A stretch of DNA of 64,000 nucleotides, taken from the NCBI RefSeq assembly GCF_036321535.1, contig NC_087451.1:47306001-47370000 (forward strand). The letters run 5' to 3'. The notes beneath the pieces were generated by a model. The model was given only the letters and a program-made list of their open reading frames with translations. It was not told the origin of the DNA and searched no databases. Below are positions 1-12,400 of the stretch, in pieces (within the stretch, counting starts at the first letter, position 1; each line of letters starts with the position of its first letter). The position numbers were made by a program, and so were the translations under genes. The stretch comes from Camelus dromedarius. Taxonomy: Eukaryota.

Positions 1-37
1 AGCCTCCCGACTCTGCCCCACCACCCGCCTGCCTGAC

Positions 38-181
38 CTTGGCCCCTGAAGACAAAGCTACGGTTCCCTCGCTGCCATGTCATGTGGTCAAAGCCCAGGA
101 GTGTGGTGTCTACCCGCAGGTTCTGCCCACTCTTCCACACTTTGTAGGTGTCACTGGGGCAGATCTTAGACACCAGGGGCA
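38..181 (-). CDS. ANKRD13B: ANKRD13B coding exon 5 (gene continues beyond the left edge)
   Basis: (V)[47 protein letters not shown]; TAG acceptor, GTCAG donor. Confidence 0.95.
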
Positions 182-414
182 CTAGGTGGGAGAGAAGGTC
201 AGAGGTAGCTTCAGTTTGCCTGCCCCACCCAACCTGGGCCACCTCAGGACATGGGGGTCAGGGTAAGGGATGTGGCTGAGAAAAAAGGGTGGGAGAGCAG
301 ACCCTTCCCCAACTCCCCACACACAAATGTAGACCACAGTCACTCAGATGTGAGCAACCTGAGGTTGAGGACAGGCATGTCTGAGCTGTGACCACGTCCC
401 TAGTATCCACTATT

Positions 415-750
415 TAATTCATTCACTCAATCTTTCATCCAATCTTCCAACAAACATTTATTAAACACCTGCTGTGTGCCAGGCACTGTTTCATACACTG
501 GGGATACAAGATTGAACAAGACAGGACACCTGCCTTCTTGGAACTTACCTTCTAGCACGGGGTGACAGGTAACAAACAAATGAGCCAATCATTGCAAAGT
601 GAAGGAAATAATAATAATGAATTGAGGCAGTGTGGAAAGGACTCAGGAAGGGGTAGTACTGAGCTGAGAACCAAAAGGTGAGAGGGAGCCACGGGAAGAG
701 TGCACCAGGCAGAGGAGCAGCAAGCGCAAAGGCCCTGAGGTGGGAGAGGC
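415..750 (-). mobile_element. LINE-2 3' fragment
   Basis: aacaaacatttattaaacacctgctgtgtgccaggcactg is the reverse complement of the L2 3' terminus; boundaries approximate. Confidence 0.7.
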
Positions 751-768
751 CCCGTTAGCCCCTCTTAC

Positions 769-814
769 CCCAGCTAGTGAACTCCCATTTCATCTCCACG
801 TAGAAGTCCTGGGC
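769..814 (-). CDS. ANKRD13B: ANKRD13B coding exon 4
   Basis: AQDFYVEMKWEFTSW; 46 nt, CAG acceptor, GTAAG donor. Confidence 0.95.
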
Positions 815-901
815 CTGAGGGGTGAAAAGGAGAGTGGCTAAGCCTGCAGTAGAGCTAGGGTTCAAGGGCTACAGTGGGGAGGCTGAGGGGCTGGGCCTCA
901 C

Positions 902-1026
902 CTTGCGCAGCTTCTCCAGGAGCACAGGGATACCCGCCAGCCGCTTCACCACCCGTTGGTAGTCGCGATACCGCAGCACGAGCTGCACTAGCTCCAGGTC
1001 CCGGGTGCTCACAGCCTCCTGAAGTA
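902..1026 (-). CDS. ANKRD13B: ANKRD13B coding exon 3
   Basis: (V)LQEAVSTRDLELVQLVLRYRDYQRVVKRLAGIPVLLEKLRK; AG/GT boundaries, phase consistent. Confidence 0.95.
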
Positions 1027-1129
1027 CTGCAGGGAGGGGGAGGCAATGTCACAGGGCAGGACCCTGCCTGAGGCTCCCTTCAGCCAACTAGAGGTGAGGA
1101 TATGATGCTGGGGATATTGGGGTGCCCAC

Positions 1130-1265
1130 CTGTCCAGCCACTGCGATTCTCCCTGCCCACGTCTGCACCGTGTGCCAGGAGTACTCGGGCACACTCAAGG
1201 TGCCCCAGGGTGGTGGCCAGGTGCAGGGGAGTCCGCCCACGGGGATCCAGTTGCTCGATGTCCAC
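1130..1265 (-). CDS. ANKRD13B: ANKRD13B coding exon 2 (ankyrin repeat)
   Basis: CAG acceptor; [45 protein letters not shown], ankyrin TPLH motif; 136 nt, GT donor at 1129. Confidence 0.96.
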
Positions 1266-3215
1266 CTGGAGAAGGAGGTGAAGACATCACCCTGGTCACT
1301 TCTAAGGCAGCCCATCTGAGCCCAACAGCCTCTGAGCAGGCAGCAACCACCTGGCCATCCTGCCTTGCCTATCTCAGAAAGCAATGGAAAAGACAGATAC
1401 AGTCAGCTGGGGTCAGGTGAGTAGAAGGGCTTGCAGGACAGGGCAGGAAGTAACTCTGAGAAAGGGAGGGACTTCCTCCTTTCCTGTTCACCCAGGTCCC
1501 CTGACTCTTCCAAGGCCCAGTAGGCTGCCTGAAAAGAATAAGCCTCGGGCTCTAGAGAGGCTATTGGCCAGGGAGGGCACCTGAGGTAGAATTTATCCTA
1601 GGGGTCCAAGACCACACCTTCAGAAAGGGCCCCTAATTTAGATCATTGACATTATCACTGAGAGGTTTAGCAAACAGTTGCAGTAATACATTGATGGAAA
1701 TGAAAGAATATGTTCATGGTACAACTTCAAACCCATGTCCTGTGACTGTGTTAACATTTTTTATAAATTCTATTATTGTTTTGTGAATAGCATGATTATA
1801 TTGCATTAGATTTTTGTTGGGTGATAAATGCATATGTATCTTAAACATAAATATTTTTATATATTTCAAGAGGATAAGACTTCTTGTTAAATACACTGAA
1901 CTGACCACATGCATGTAACTCTTCCTCTCCTCCCCAAAACTTGATTAAAACACCAGTAAAAAGTTTCTACTTCAACATGAAGAGATAACTGAAATTACCC
2001 TCCTACCAGAAACAGAGAAAACTATTGCTTCAAAATATATGAAATAATTGCTTTTGAACACTAGGCAAAAAGAAGTTCAGGGCTGTGATCCCTGAAGTAA
2101 GAAAAACAAACAAGGTGGGCTCTATGATTGCCTAGATTTCTACCTGAAGGAGTATTCCAGATTGCAATTCAGGGAGGGGAATTTCCAGCAGAGTATGGTG
2201 GTCTCACTGAGGAGCTGAGAAGACAGAGACAAGAGATCAGGAAGGCTGAGATAGGTAGAAGTTTCAGGGCAGAGTTCCAGAAAGAAGTGAGCTATGCAAA
2301 AAAAAAAAAAAAAAAAAAAGAACCTCCAGAAATCTACATGTGGTCCCTTTAAAGTCTTCACCCAATCCTAAATGTCACGTATAGAGTGAAACTCAACAAA
2401 ACCAGGCAGAAAAGGAGCAATAGGCTGATAAATTCTCAGAGCTCACCCATGGCAGGGAGACATTCAAGCTCCAACCTGCTAGAGTGGAGACTCCTTGTTG
2501 ATTACCCAGGATATTCAGTAAAGACCTGAGAAGGGTTATGCCTTAGGAGTAGGGCTAACCTATCACTAGAGAAAAGGCTCACCCAGACCTAATATAATAA
2601 AGGTTAAAAATAAGCTCAAAAGGATCAAAGGATTACTTAATTTGCAAGTAACTTAACTTAGTCCGCCAGAACAAAGCCTAACACGCTTTAAAGGAAGACA
2701 AAGAAATCCCAATGCTTAACATCGCAACATTTACAACATCCAACATCCAGTTAAAAACTACTAGACGTGCATAGAAGTAGGAAAATATGACCCATAATCA
2801 GGAGAAAAATCATTTAATAGAAACATTCAGAAATAATAAAGATGAATGGGTCCATATGCTCAAGAGTTTAAAGAAAAACATGAACACAACATTCACAGTG
2901 AAAGAAATGGGAAATAAGTACAATATCTGAAATGAAACATTCACTGGATAGAATTAACAGTAAATTAGACACTACAGAATGAAAAAAAATCAATGAATTT
3001 GAAGCCACGGCAATAGAATTATACAAACTGAGACTCACAGAGGAGAAAAAAGTAATCAAAAACATTCAAACAGCCTCTGCAATGTGTGAGACATTATAAG
3101 GCATTCTAACATATTTGTAATTGGAGTCCCACAGGATAGGATAAGAATGTGGAGGAATAAGACAAATTTAAAGAAATATCCCCAAAATTTCCAAATTTGA
3201 TTAAAAAAAACTATT

Positions 3216-3342
3216 GTTGGGGGGAGGGTTTAACTCAGTGGTAGAGTGCACACAAGGTCCTGGGTTCAATCCCTGGTAGCTCTGTTAAAAAATAAATAAA
3301 TAAACCTAATTACCTCCCCCTCCAAAAAAAAAAAAAAAAACC
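3216..3342 (+). mobile_element. tRNA-derived SINE (camelid type)
   Basis: A-box-like TAACTCAGTGG, B-box GGTTCAATCC, AT-rich tail and poly(A); flanked by direct repeat AAAAAACTATT (3205-3215, 3343-3353). Confidence 0.85.
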
Positions 3343-3352
3343 AAAAAACTAT

Positions 3353-3801
3353 TATAGTGAGTTGAATGGTGGAGCCACAACAAAATATACGTCTACATTC
3401 TAACTGCTAGAACCTGTGAATGTGGCTTTATTTGGAAGGATCTTGGCAGATGTAACTAAGCTAAGGATCTCAAAATGAGATCAGCCTGGATTATCCAGGT
3501 AGGCCCTAATTCCAATTATGTGTCTTTATAAGATACACAGAGGAGAGATACACAGAGAGAAAAGTTCCAAGTGAAGATGGAGGAGAGACTGAAGTTAAGC
3601 AGCCATAAGCCAAGGAATGCTTGGAGCCACCAGAAGCTGGAAGAGTCAAGGAAGGATTCTCCCCTAGAGCATTTGGAGGGAGTGGAGCTGACACCTTGAG
3701 TTTCGACTTTAGGAGGTTTCCAACCTCCAAAATGATGAGAGAATAAAATTTTGTTGCTTTAACCCACCCAGTCTGTGTAATTTGTTGCAGAAACTAATAT
3801 A
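3353..3801 (+). mobile_element. MLT1 (ERVL-MaLR) solo LTR
   Basis: Hallmark segments agaacctgtgaatgtggctttatttgg, agccaaggaatgc, ccaccagaagctggaagag, gagagaataaa, gaaactaata. Confidence 0.85.
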
Positions 3802-4299
3802 ATAGTAAATCCACAAAACCAAAAAACTGAATGAAGTCCAATTAAGACAAACACCAGAAAACCTACAGACCATTGTAATCAAATGCTGAAAACTAGCGAT
3901 AAAAAGAAAATCTTAAAAGCATGTTGAGAAATGAGACACAGTATGTATAGAGGGACAAATATAGAAAATACTACATACTTTTCATCAGAAACCATGCAAG
4001 CTAGAAGGCAAGAGAATGAAATCTTTCAAGTCCCAGGGGGAAATTGTCAACCTAGAATTCTATATGCTGTGAAAAATATACTTCAAAAATGAAAAGGAGA
4101 AGTAAAGACTTGTGGACAAACAAAAGCTAAGAGAATTTCTCACCAGAAGACATCCAAGAAATGTTAAATGAAGTTATTCAAGTGGAAAGAAAATGATAGC
4201 ATATGGAAACATAGATCTATACAAAGGAATCAAGATTGCCTCAAATGGCAAATGTGTGGGTAAGTATAAGAATGCCAATAGAATATTTAAAACCCACAA

Positions 4300-5070
4300 G
4301 AAAATGGCTGGGGCATCACAACTGACTTAGGGGAGCAGAGGGTACCAGAACCCAAGCATTCACAGAAGGGGAGTCCAGTGACTAGCAAGCCAGATCTCCC
4401 CTTAGAACCCTTGAAAGGTGCAGAACATGCAGGCAATGGGGACAGCAGAGGTGGAAGTAAGGCTTAGTACTGAATACAGGGGGTCTGGTTAAAATTCAAA
4501 ATCCCTGGCCCCCTCCCCAATCTTGTATAGCTGGGAGATGATCCCCTTCCCCTCCGCAGAATGCCAGGGGTTTATTTTCTATAGAAATTGAGCCTGAGAT
4601 GCATTGGACTCAGGGACATTGGTCTGAGGATGAGGTCATGGGGCTAAAAACAGATGAACGGTGAGAGCCCAATCCCTTCCCTGCCTCAGGTCCTGAAACA
4701 CTGGCAGCCAGACTGCATACAACACTGCCCCATCCTACCCCTAGCAGAAGATTGGAGAATCCTTCCTTGGAGAAACTAGACCTCTGAATACAGGCATCTG
4801 GAGATCCTATAATACGCAGGCCAGTCATCTTACAACAGCACCCATGCATTAATAAGCTCCACACCTCCATCTTTAAATGCCCCAAGAGCCGAGTGCTGGA
4901 CACTTGAGGAAAGCTGCCAACATGAAAGAGACCAAAACATGCAAATAGATGCTAAAAACCCAGAGGAAACAGTGGTCAGTGCAGGAAATAGGGGAAAACT
5001 TAGGGGGTTCTAGGGGACAGTAACTTACCTCCTCAGAAAAACATGAAAAGGAAGTTGACTTCATGAAACA
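4300..5070 (+). mobile_element. Probable degenerate L1/HAL1-like fragment
   Basis: Purine-rich degenerate text resembling an L1 5'/ORF1 start; family not securely assigned. Confidence 0.35.
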
Positions 5071-5089
5071 AAATAGGACATTCTGACCT

Positions 5090-5925
5090 CCCGTGACTTC
5101 TCTTTTTTCCCCTTGCTTTCTTCACTCTAGCATTCCTGGACAGCTTCACCTGCCCCAGTTTTCCCATCATGGTAAACAGTACCTCAGTTCACTCCCTTTC
5201 CAGGTCAGAAACTTTGAGACTTTTTCTCTCTTCCTTTTCTCTTATCTTCCATACCTAATCCATCAGCAAAATCTGACCTTATAGGCTCTACCTTCAAAAC
5301 AGATCCCAGAGTCTTCTTAGTTTTCACCCCCTTCAGGATACCCTTCTGGTCACAGCCACCCTATCTCTCACCTGGCGGCCAAATTCCTCCCACTCCCCTC
5401 TTGGCTCCTTAGGTCTGTTCTCCACAAGGCCTCAGGGCAGGTGCTGTCATCCTGTGAAATGTTCCTCAGGTCCTGATGCCCTGTAGCTCAAAACCTCTCC
5501 GTGGCTTCCCATCCTCTTTAGAATAGAATCCAACAGCCCTAGACTTCTCTTTGAACTCACATGCTCTCCCCTCTCTCCTGCAAGCTTTCCCCTGGAGCAC
5601 TCTCCTCCTACAGGCTTTTCTAGATAGCCACAAATGTCCCCCCCCCCCCCCCGCACTTCATTCAGGCCACCGCTCAAATGTCACCTCCTTAGAAAGGTTG
5701 GCCTTAACCCCTCTCAAATGACAGTTGCTATTTATCTACCTCTTGTCCCTTCTCCTGCTCTAGTTCTCTTCCAGCACAAGTTGCTTGTTTATTTTTTCAT
5801 TGTCTCCCTCACCTTGACTGTAAGCCCCACAAAGGGAGCGTCTGTCTGTTTTGTTTGGTGCTATCTTCCCAGTCCCTGGACAGTGCCTGGCACATAATAT
5901 ATATTTATGAAACAAATGCATAGAT
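5090..5925 (+). mobile_element. LINE-2 3' fragment
   Basis: gctcaaaacctc..gtggcttccc, ctcaaatgtcacctcct, cagtgcctggcacata terminus. Confidence 0.8.
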
Positions 5926-8900
5926 GACTGTTTTGAAGGGACATGGGGAAGGAAAGCAAAGTAATACAGTACAAAGCTGATAAACCAGTAAATGTCTGTA
6001 GACAGTTTACTGTCTGTTTACAGTTATGGAGGCAAATAACAGAAGAGCCTAAAGAGTTCAAAGTGGTTGCCTCTGAGGGATGAGATGGAGAGGTGGGGGA
6101 GGCAGAGTGAGGACTGCCATCTTCTAGCAACAGCTGAGTATTTTAAACATGAGTAGAAACTCCCTTGTCAAAGTAAAACATTTTAAATAATTTAAGTTAT
6201 TTATATAATTTTATAACCCTGTGTTGGTATTTCTTCATTTTTAAACATACTAAGCCTCAAAATAATACAAAAAACTTCCTGGCCCCTGTGGCCCTCTGAG
6301 CTGTAGCTTGGAGCTGTGAGCAGCCCCCTACAGCTCCTTTGCACCAGCTCCCCACAGAGGAGGGGAGCATTATTTACTCTTAGCCCATTATGGGTTAGGC
6401 TGGGCCCCTGGGGTCTGACCTGGATGGGGTCCTGAGTCCTGGGGTGGGAGTGGTGCAGGATCCACAGACCCTGAGCTGGCTGGGCCACATGGGATGTCAG
6501 AAGGTGGCCTTCCCTTGGGGCCGCAGCGAGCCATCCGTGCCTCCCACCAGCCCTGCCCCAGATGCTGCTGCTGCTAACAAGGCCCCAGGGAGCCAGCAGG
6601 GCACCCCGCCTGGTCCCAGGCTCCAGATGCTGCCTCCCTCCCCCTCAGGTACCTCAGCTCCAGGCTCCAGAGAGAGGCTGGCACTGCGTGTGGGCGGGGG
6701 TGCCCTCCCCACCCTGACTCCTCAGCTCTACCCACGGTCCCCAGGGCACTGCTGTTTTCCAGGGCCGACTTGAGCCCTGCATACACTCAGTCTGGCCCCA
6801 AATAAGTTCTCTCCACCCGTCAAAGCAGGGCCTGCAGTGGAGGCGGCACTTTGCCCTGGGCCCAGGGGGGAGAATTCATTAATTTCCTGGGCAAAGGCCT
6901 GCAGCCATTTAATTGCTGGGATGAAAAGGTTTCCCGTGAAACCCAATACCCAGCCCTCCCCACTAAGAGAACGGAAACTCCTCAGCTGGAGTCAAAAGCA
7001 GGGGTCTTTTGCACTTAGGAGCTGGGTCTCCCTGGGCAGAGAGCCTCCCTGCTCCCACTCAGGCGCACGCCAACGCATGCGCGTGCGCACACACATGCAC
7101 AGGTACCATAAGGACATACACTTGTACTCCTGCCTCCACACTCACAGTACACGTGACATCTAAGTTTACAAGCACATGCGTGCCTAGCTGCCCTCTGGCT
7201 CTGCAGGCCTCTACTCATGTGTAACACATGTGTTTGCCAGCGCACTTGCACGTGCACACCCCTTGAACTCACAAGCACTAGCAGGGTATTTTTCAAAGCT
7301 GTTTAGCATTAGCAGAGTCCTTTTGTTAGGTAAAATCTTGTAAGAACACAGCAAATATACAGGCTAAACACAGGTGCCGGAGAAGTTAGGTGAGGGGCCC
7401 AGAGCTTGGGGCCTTCCTGCTCTGCCTTCATCCCCTTTCCCTGCCCCGCTCCATCCCCCAGCCCCAGGGAGGACAGCCCATCAGGTATGGCCACTGCTTC
7501 TCTGCTCTCCCACCAGGTCTGGATGAGCTCACTCAAGGGGGATGGAGGCAGGATGCTTCCTCAAGTTGAGTTGGGCTGATGGGGGCAGCACCTGCTGACT
7601 CTCCCTCCACCCGGGCCCCTCCATCCTGCCCCACGCAGCCCCTCCCCCCTCATCCCAGCTACATTGATTTTTGGTTTCTGGGGTTTGTGGCTCCCTCTCC
7701 TGAGCTTCCCAGCTCTCCAGCTGTGGTGATGGCCTACACCTGGGCCTGCCCCCTTTGAGGGGAGAGGGGATCACCAGTGCTCTGGACCCAACAGGGACAG
7801 AGGGGCAACCTCTGTCTGAGCACAGGGCCCACTGTAATCAAATGCTCGTCACAATCCCATCTCGCCCACCTCTAGGTCAGAAGGATGAACAGGGGAAAGC
7901 AGGAAGGAAGACCATGGTGGAGGCAGCCCCAGGAAGAAAGAAAATGTTTCCCAAGACCACAGTCTGGCCCCTTCCAGAGTGCCTGTTGGAGGAGAAGAAT
8001 CCTGCTCTCCTCAGCCCTCCCACAGGGAGCTATTCAGTCTAAACCTCCACCTCCCACCCCCAGGGAACACCAGGGATGCGTGACTCCAGAACCAAGGCTG
8101 TGCCCAGCTGTCTGGACCCTGGGGCCTCACACCAGCCAAGGGGGAACAGGCATATCCACTGCCCTACAACCCCTTGCTCCCTCCCAACCTGGCAGAGCAG
8201 GTGCGTGGCAGGAAGCACTGCTGGGTGTCAGCTAGCGGTGATCATGGACACTTCCCTTCACCAAAAAACACCCGCTGAGCACCTTCCCTCTCCCTGCCAC
8301 TCCCTGCTTCCGGCCCCTGTGAACCTGCTCTGAACCCTGCCGTGTCATCCCCCTCCTCCTTGGCCAGCATTGCCAAGCCTGCCCACGGGAGGGCCTCTGC
8401 GGGGCTTTCTTAGAGTGAAGAAGAGGCAGCTATGCCAAGTGAAGACCAGGGAAACCCAGCTGCTGTGTGCTTGAGGAAAGCCTGGCTGTTTTCTGTGACA
8501 GTAAGTACCAGGAGGATCAGAAATCAGGGACCCCCAGCTGAGATGTCTAGGGGTCTACAGGGTTTCATTTGGATGTTAGGTGACTGCCCCCAGGCCCATC
8601 ACCTGCAGGAAATGGCTGGGTTGGGCACCCTCTGCTCTCCCTGGGAGCCCGAGGCCCTGAGAACTAAGCAGTGCACATCTGGATACCAGCATCACCCTGC
8701 ATCGGTCCTAAAATCAGGAATACAGCCAGGGGGCTGTCCCTCCCAGACTGATGACATTCCCCTTTTTGGCACTCCTGGAGCAAAGGGGAGGATAAGTCTG
8801 ACTCCTTTGTGGTTGAACCAACAAACCAGTGCCCTATACTCACCCCCTGGCCCTAGCCTAGGTCAGGGCACGTAGTGTCTGTTTCAAGAAGACACAAACT

Positions 8901-10449
8901 CACCAGGGTGGGGGGATGAGTGGGTGGGGACGGGGTGAATGTGGTGCCTGGTTTCTGTGGCAGCCTGAGGGGAGCAAAGAGGGACACGCTTAGTGGTCCA
9001 GACCACCCCTACCTGCAGCGGGTTCCCAGCCCAACCTCACCCCAGCAAGATGGCTGCTGACCTGAAGACTATCATTCAGAGAGGCCTGAGTGAAAGAACC
9101 TTTTCTTCTAGGGCATTCTGCCTCTATCCAGTCTCTGTGAAAAAGGACCACCAAGCCTCCCAGTTGCAAGGGAGTGCAACTGAGGTATTCTGGACATTCA
9201 GCCACTAGCCTTCTGCCTAATAATCCTTCACCCAACCATCAACTATCCCATCAGGAAGCTCCTCTCAGATCATACCTAAATTCCTTCAGCTGTAACCTCC
9301 ATCAGAGCCTTGACTTCTTTCGCCCTCAGGGGAGGAAAGCAGAGAAGAGCCAGAGGAGGTGGCCTGTCTGTCTTATCATCCTGCATGTCACACTGTACTT
9401 CCCTGTTCACACTTGCTTCACCAGAACAGGGTCTCCTGGAGGGCACAGGCTGTGCCTGGTTTGTTCATCTTTGTTCCCCAGGACCTACCACTGTGGCCTT
9501 GCTTCCTTTACCAGACTCCTATGGCCACAAACCACTTCCTTTATAAACAGAGACATGGTCTGAGAAGCAACCTGGAGCATCCATGTAGAAGCAAAGGTAG
9601 AACAGAAGTGGACATCCCAACCAGCCTAAAGGCTTGGAGGCTCAGGTCACCCCAACATTTCCTGGGACTGCTATACAGAGCTGGATGCCGTCCTGGTCTG
9701 AGGGCTCAGTGGTAGACTTCAGAGACACTCTGACCCTCACTTCATCGCCATCTGGCAATGCCCTGCTCTTCACCTCACCCTTCCCTTGCGAAGCAGACAG
9801 CTCCTCAAATTGAACTTCCTGTGACTCAGGAAGTGGCCCTCAAAAGGCACATTCCCAAAGGAGGTTTTCAACTCCTGAGCAAACCACTCCCAGCCCATAG
9901 CCCCAGAGTCTCAGATCCAGGCCAAGTCTGCAGGCCTCAGCCAGAGGCAAATCAGGGCAGGCTGGGCCCAGTTCTGGCTCCTGCCTCCCCACCCTGGAGG
10001 GTGAGTTGTCTGGAGGGAGTTGCCATGAGAGCTTACCTGTGACCTGGAGGCCAAGGGCAGAGTTGGGAACTACCTGTGGCCTGTGCCTGCCTTGGTCCTG
10101 AAGAATGGCCAGGAGACCCCATCCCTTACCTTATCTTCTTGGAGGCCACCGCCCAGTCAAAGCTGGCTGACTTACCCATTCTCACTGACTAGAGGAACCA
10201 GGGGGCCCACTAGGTGCAAAATCTCAAATCCTTCCGGGGACAAGTGGCCCTCTAGCTTCCTCAGCGCCTAGAAGCCAGGGCCCAGCACCAGAGGGCAGGA
10301 GAGCGTCTTTCAGCACTTGGACAAGGCCCTTCACCCAGGAGGGTCTCTCTCTCCACTCTACATCCCTGAACCCAGCGCGCTGGGGTCTGAGGGATCCAGG
10401 AGCTCTGCCCAGTCTGAGGAAACAGAATAGCGTTCGCCTTTAGAGTAGA

Positions 10450-11750
10450 GGGCACTGGGTGGGGCTGGGATGTCTGGGAATGTCAAAGCCTATTCTCTGA
10501 TCCTTGACCTGTGGCCCCCCTTCCTACGCAGGCCTTGCCCACCTCCGCACACTCCCGCGGGAGGTGTCGCTGCTGGGCTGAGTCGGGCGGACTCTCCCAC
10601 CGCGTGGAACACAGACGGAGCCGAGAGCCCCTTCCCACAGCCCTCACTGCCCCGGCGAAGGAGGGGCACGATGTCACCAACCCCAAACTGGGAGGGTCCG
10701 AAGCACGTGTGGGCCGCCTGTCCAGGACAGAGGGGAGCGGGCGGGGGCTGCTCCCATCACCCTCTCCAGTCCACAGCACAAAAGCGGCGGCTGCGAACAA
10801 AGAAGCGCTGCAAACTCGCCTGGGAGGCGGGACAGCCCGCGCCGCGCCCCCTCCCCACGCCGGGCGGGCGTGCCCGTCGGTGGGGTCCCGGCAGCGCCCC
10901 GACGGCGCTCTTACCTGGCCGGCGCAGACTTCTTTCTCCAGCTCGCGGTGGCGGTTGTGCCACACGAGGTAGTGCAAGGGATACTTCCCCTCTGGCCCCT
11001 TCCTGGCGGAGGCGTTGGCAGGGATCATCGCCCGCTCCTCATGCCGGGGCCGCGGCGCCCGGCCCGGGAGGAGGGACGGCGCCAGAGCCGGGGCCCGGGG
11101 CCGCGGGGCTGGGGGCCAGCGCTGCCTGCTCGCAGGGCTGCGGCTCGGGCATGTGCGAGCGGCGCCGGCGGGCGGGGGTGGCGCGCTCGGCGCGGTGCGG
11201 GTGGTGCGGGCGGTGCGGGCCGCGGGCGTCCTCGCGAGGCGGCGGCGGCGGGTGGCGCGGAGAGGCCCCCACCCGCCCGGGGAGGGCGCGGGCACTCGGC
11301 GGCGCGGCNNNNNNNNNNNNNNNNNNNNNNNNNNNNNNNNNNNNNNNNNNNNNNNNNNNNNNNNNNNNNNNNNNNNNNNNNNNNNNNNNNNNNNNNNNNN
11401 NNNNNNNNNNNNNNNNNNNNNNNNNNNNNNNNNNNNNNNNNNNNNNNNNNNNNNNNNNNNNNCGCAACTGCATAGCCCGGCCCTCAACACGAGCGGCCGG
11501 CGAGGGATGCGGGGATGCGGGGGAGAGGGGAGGGGGACGCGGGTGCCCGGGCAGAGCTGGTTATAACTCGGCCCCGCGGCATCATGGGGCTTGTAGTCTG
11601 CCTCGCGGAACTGGGGGTGGCGAGAGGACGGAGAGGGTCCCGCACTGTCCCCCGATCCATCGAGAGGGTAGGGAAAGAGTAAAGCCTGGCCAGAACGGAG
11701 GCAGTGTCCTGAGGCCAGGTGGATTAGGGCGCATCCCCTCCCGCTGGCAT
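10450..11750. promoter_or_regulatory. CpG island / ANKRD13B promoter and exon 1
   Basis: Very high GC and CpG density, GC boxes; contains N block 11309-11462. Confidence 0.9.
10915..11028 (-). CDS. ANKRD13B: ANKRD13B coding exon 1
   Basis: ATG at 11028; MIPANASARKGPEGKYPLHYLVWHNRHRELEKEVCAGQ (38 codons) then CAG|GTAAG donor; matches recalled mammalian ANKRD13B N-terminus. Confidence 0.96.
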
Positions 11751-12334
11751 TTTGCTTTTTGCTGGGGAAGGAGGGGGCTACAGGCCTTGCTCAAGCATTA
11801 GGGGGCACGGGAAGGTGTGGCCTTCAGAATTGAGTTTAGGTCCCAGCGGAACGTGGGCAGGGATCTAGATCCCAAGAAAAGAGTAACTGATGGGAAGATA
11901 CTGGGAAAGGTGCAGGACTTTAGTGCCAAGGGTCATTGGAGCAACCAGGAATCTGGCACCTGAAATACTACGTAGGAGTCTTCCTTGACCTCTTATAAAA
12001 TTAAGCTTCATCTTCCACAGTTGACACTAGAAAGGGAATATCCATTAAAGCAGAGGACAGCCCCCTCCCCCCAGACGCTGTCCTCTGCAAGGACCAGAGA
12101 GGGGCTGGGCAGAAAAAGCAGCAGGTGGCAGCTCGCCACCTCCACCCCATGTGGTCCCTTCAGGAGAGGGAGTGACTGATTCCAGAGACTCTCCTTCCTG
12201 AATAACCCCAGGGCAGGGAGGTCTTTCCAGAAGGGTTCCAGCTGACGCTGTGGTAAAAGTGGAATTGGCCTCTGGGGCTGACTATTGCAACGGCTATTAG
12301 GACCTAGAGGCTTGACCCAGTCCCTGGAGGCAGC

Positions 12335-12400
12335 AGGTCAAATTCCTCCTCACCAACTGCCTGACCTTAAGCAAATTGCTTAAATTTTCTGGTTTCTCAG
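12335..12400 (+). mobile_element. MIR fragment
   Basis: tcaaattcc...tgaccttaagcaaattgcttaa..ttctggtttctc MIR core-like; approximate. Confidence 0.5.

Larger units (their letters stand above)
1960..4290 (+). mobile_element. Old LINE-1 (L1M-type) 5'/ORF1 remnant, interrupted by a SINE and an MLT1 LTR
   Basis: A-rich degenerate ORF1-like text (ttggagtcccacagga..., gtcaacctagaattctatatg..., aaagctaagagaatt); no intact ORF; boundaries approximate. Confidence 0.75.

Noticed and set aside
3216-3342. tRNA-like A and B boxes
   Set aside because: No cloverleaf or acceptor stem; has a SINE tail and target-site duplication, so it is a SINE and not a tRNA gene
10309-10328. REST/RE1-like TTCAGCACTTGGACAAGGCC
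   Set aside because: Spacer one base short and mismatches in both half-sites
10470-11801. Long overlapping ORFs across the ANKRD13B CpG island
   Set aside because: GC-rich stop depletion plus N block read-through; only 10915-11028 has protein homology and splice support
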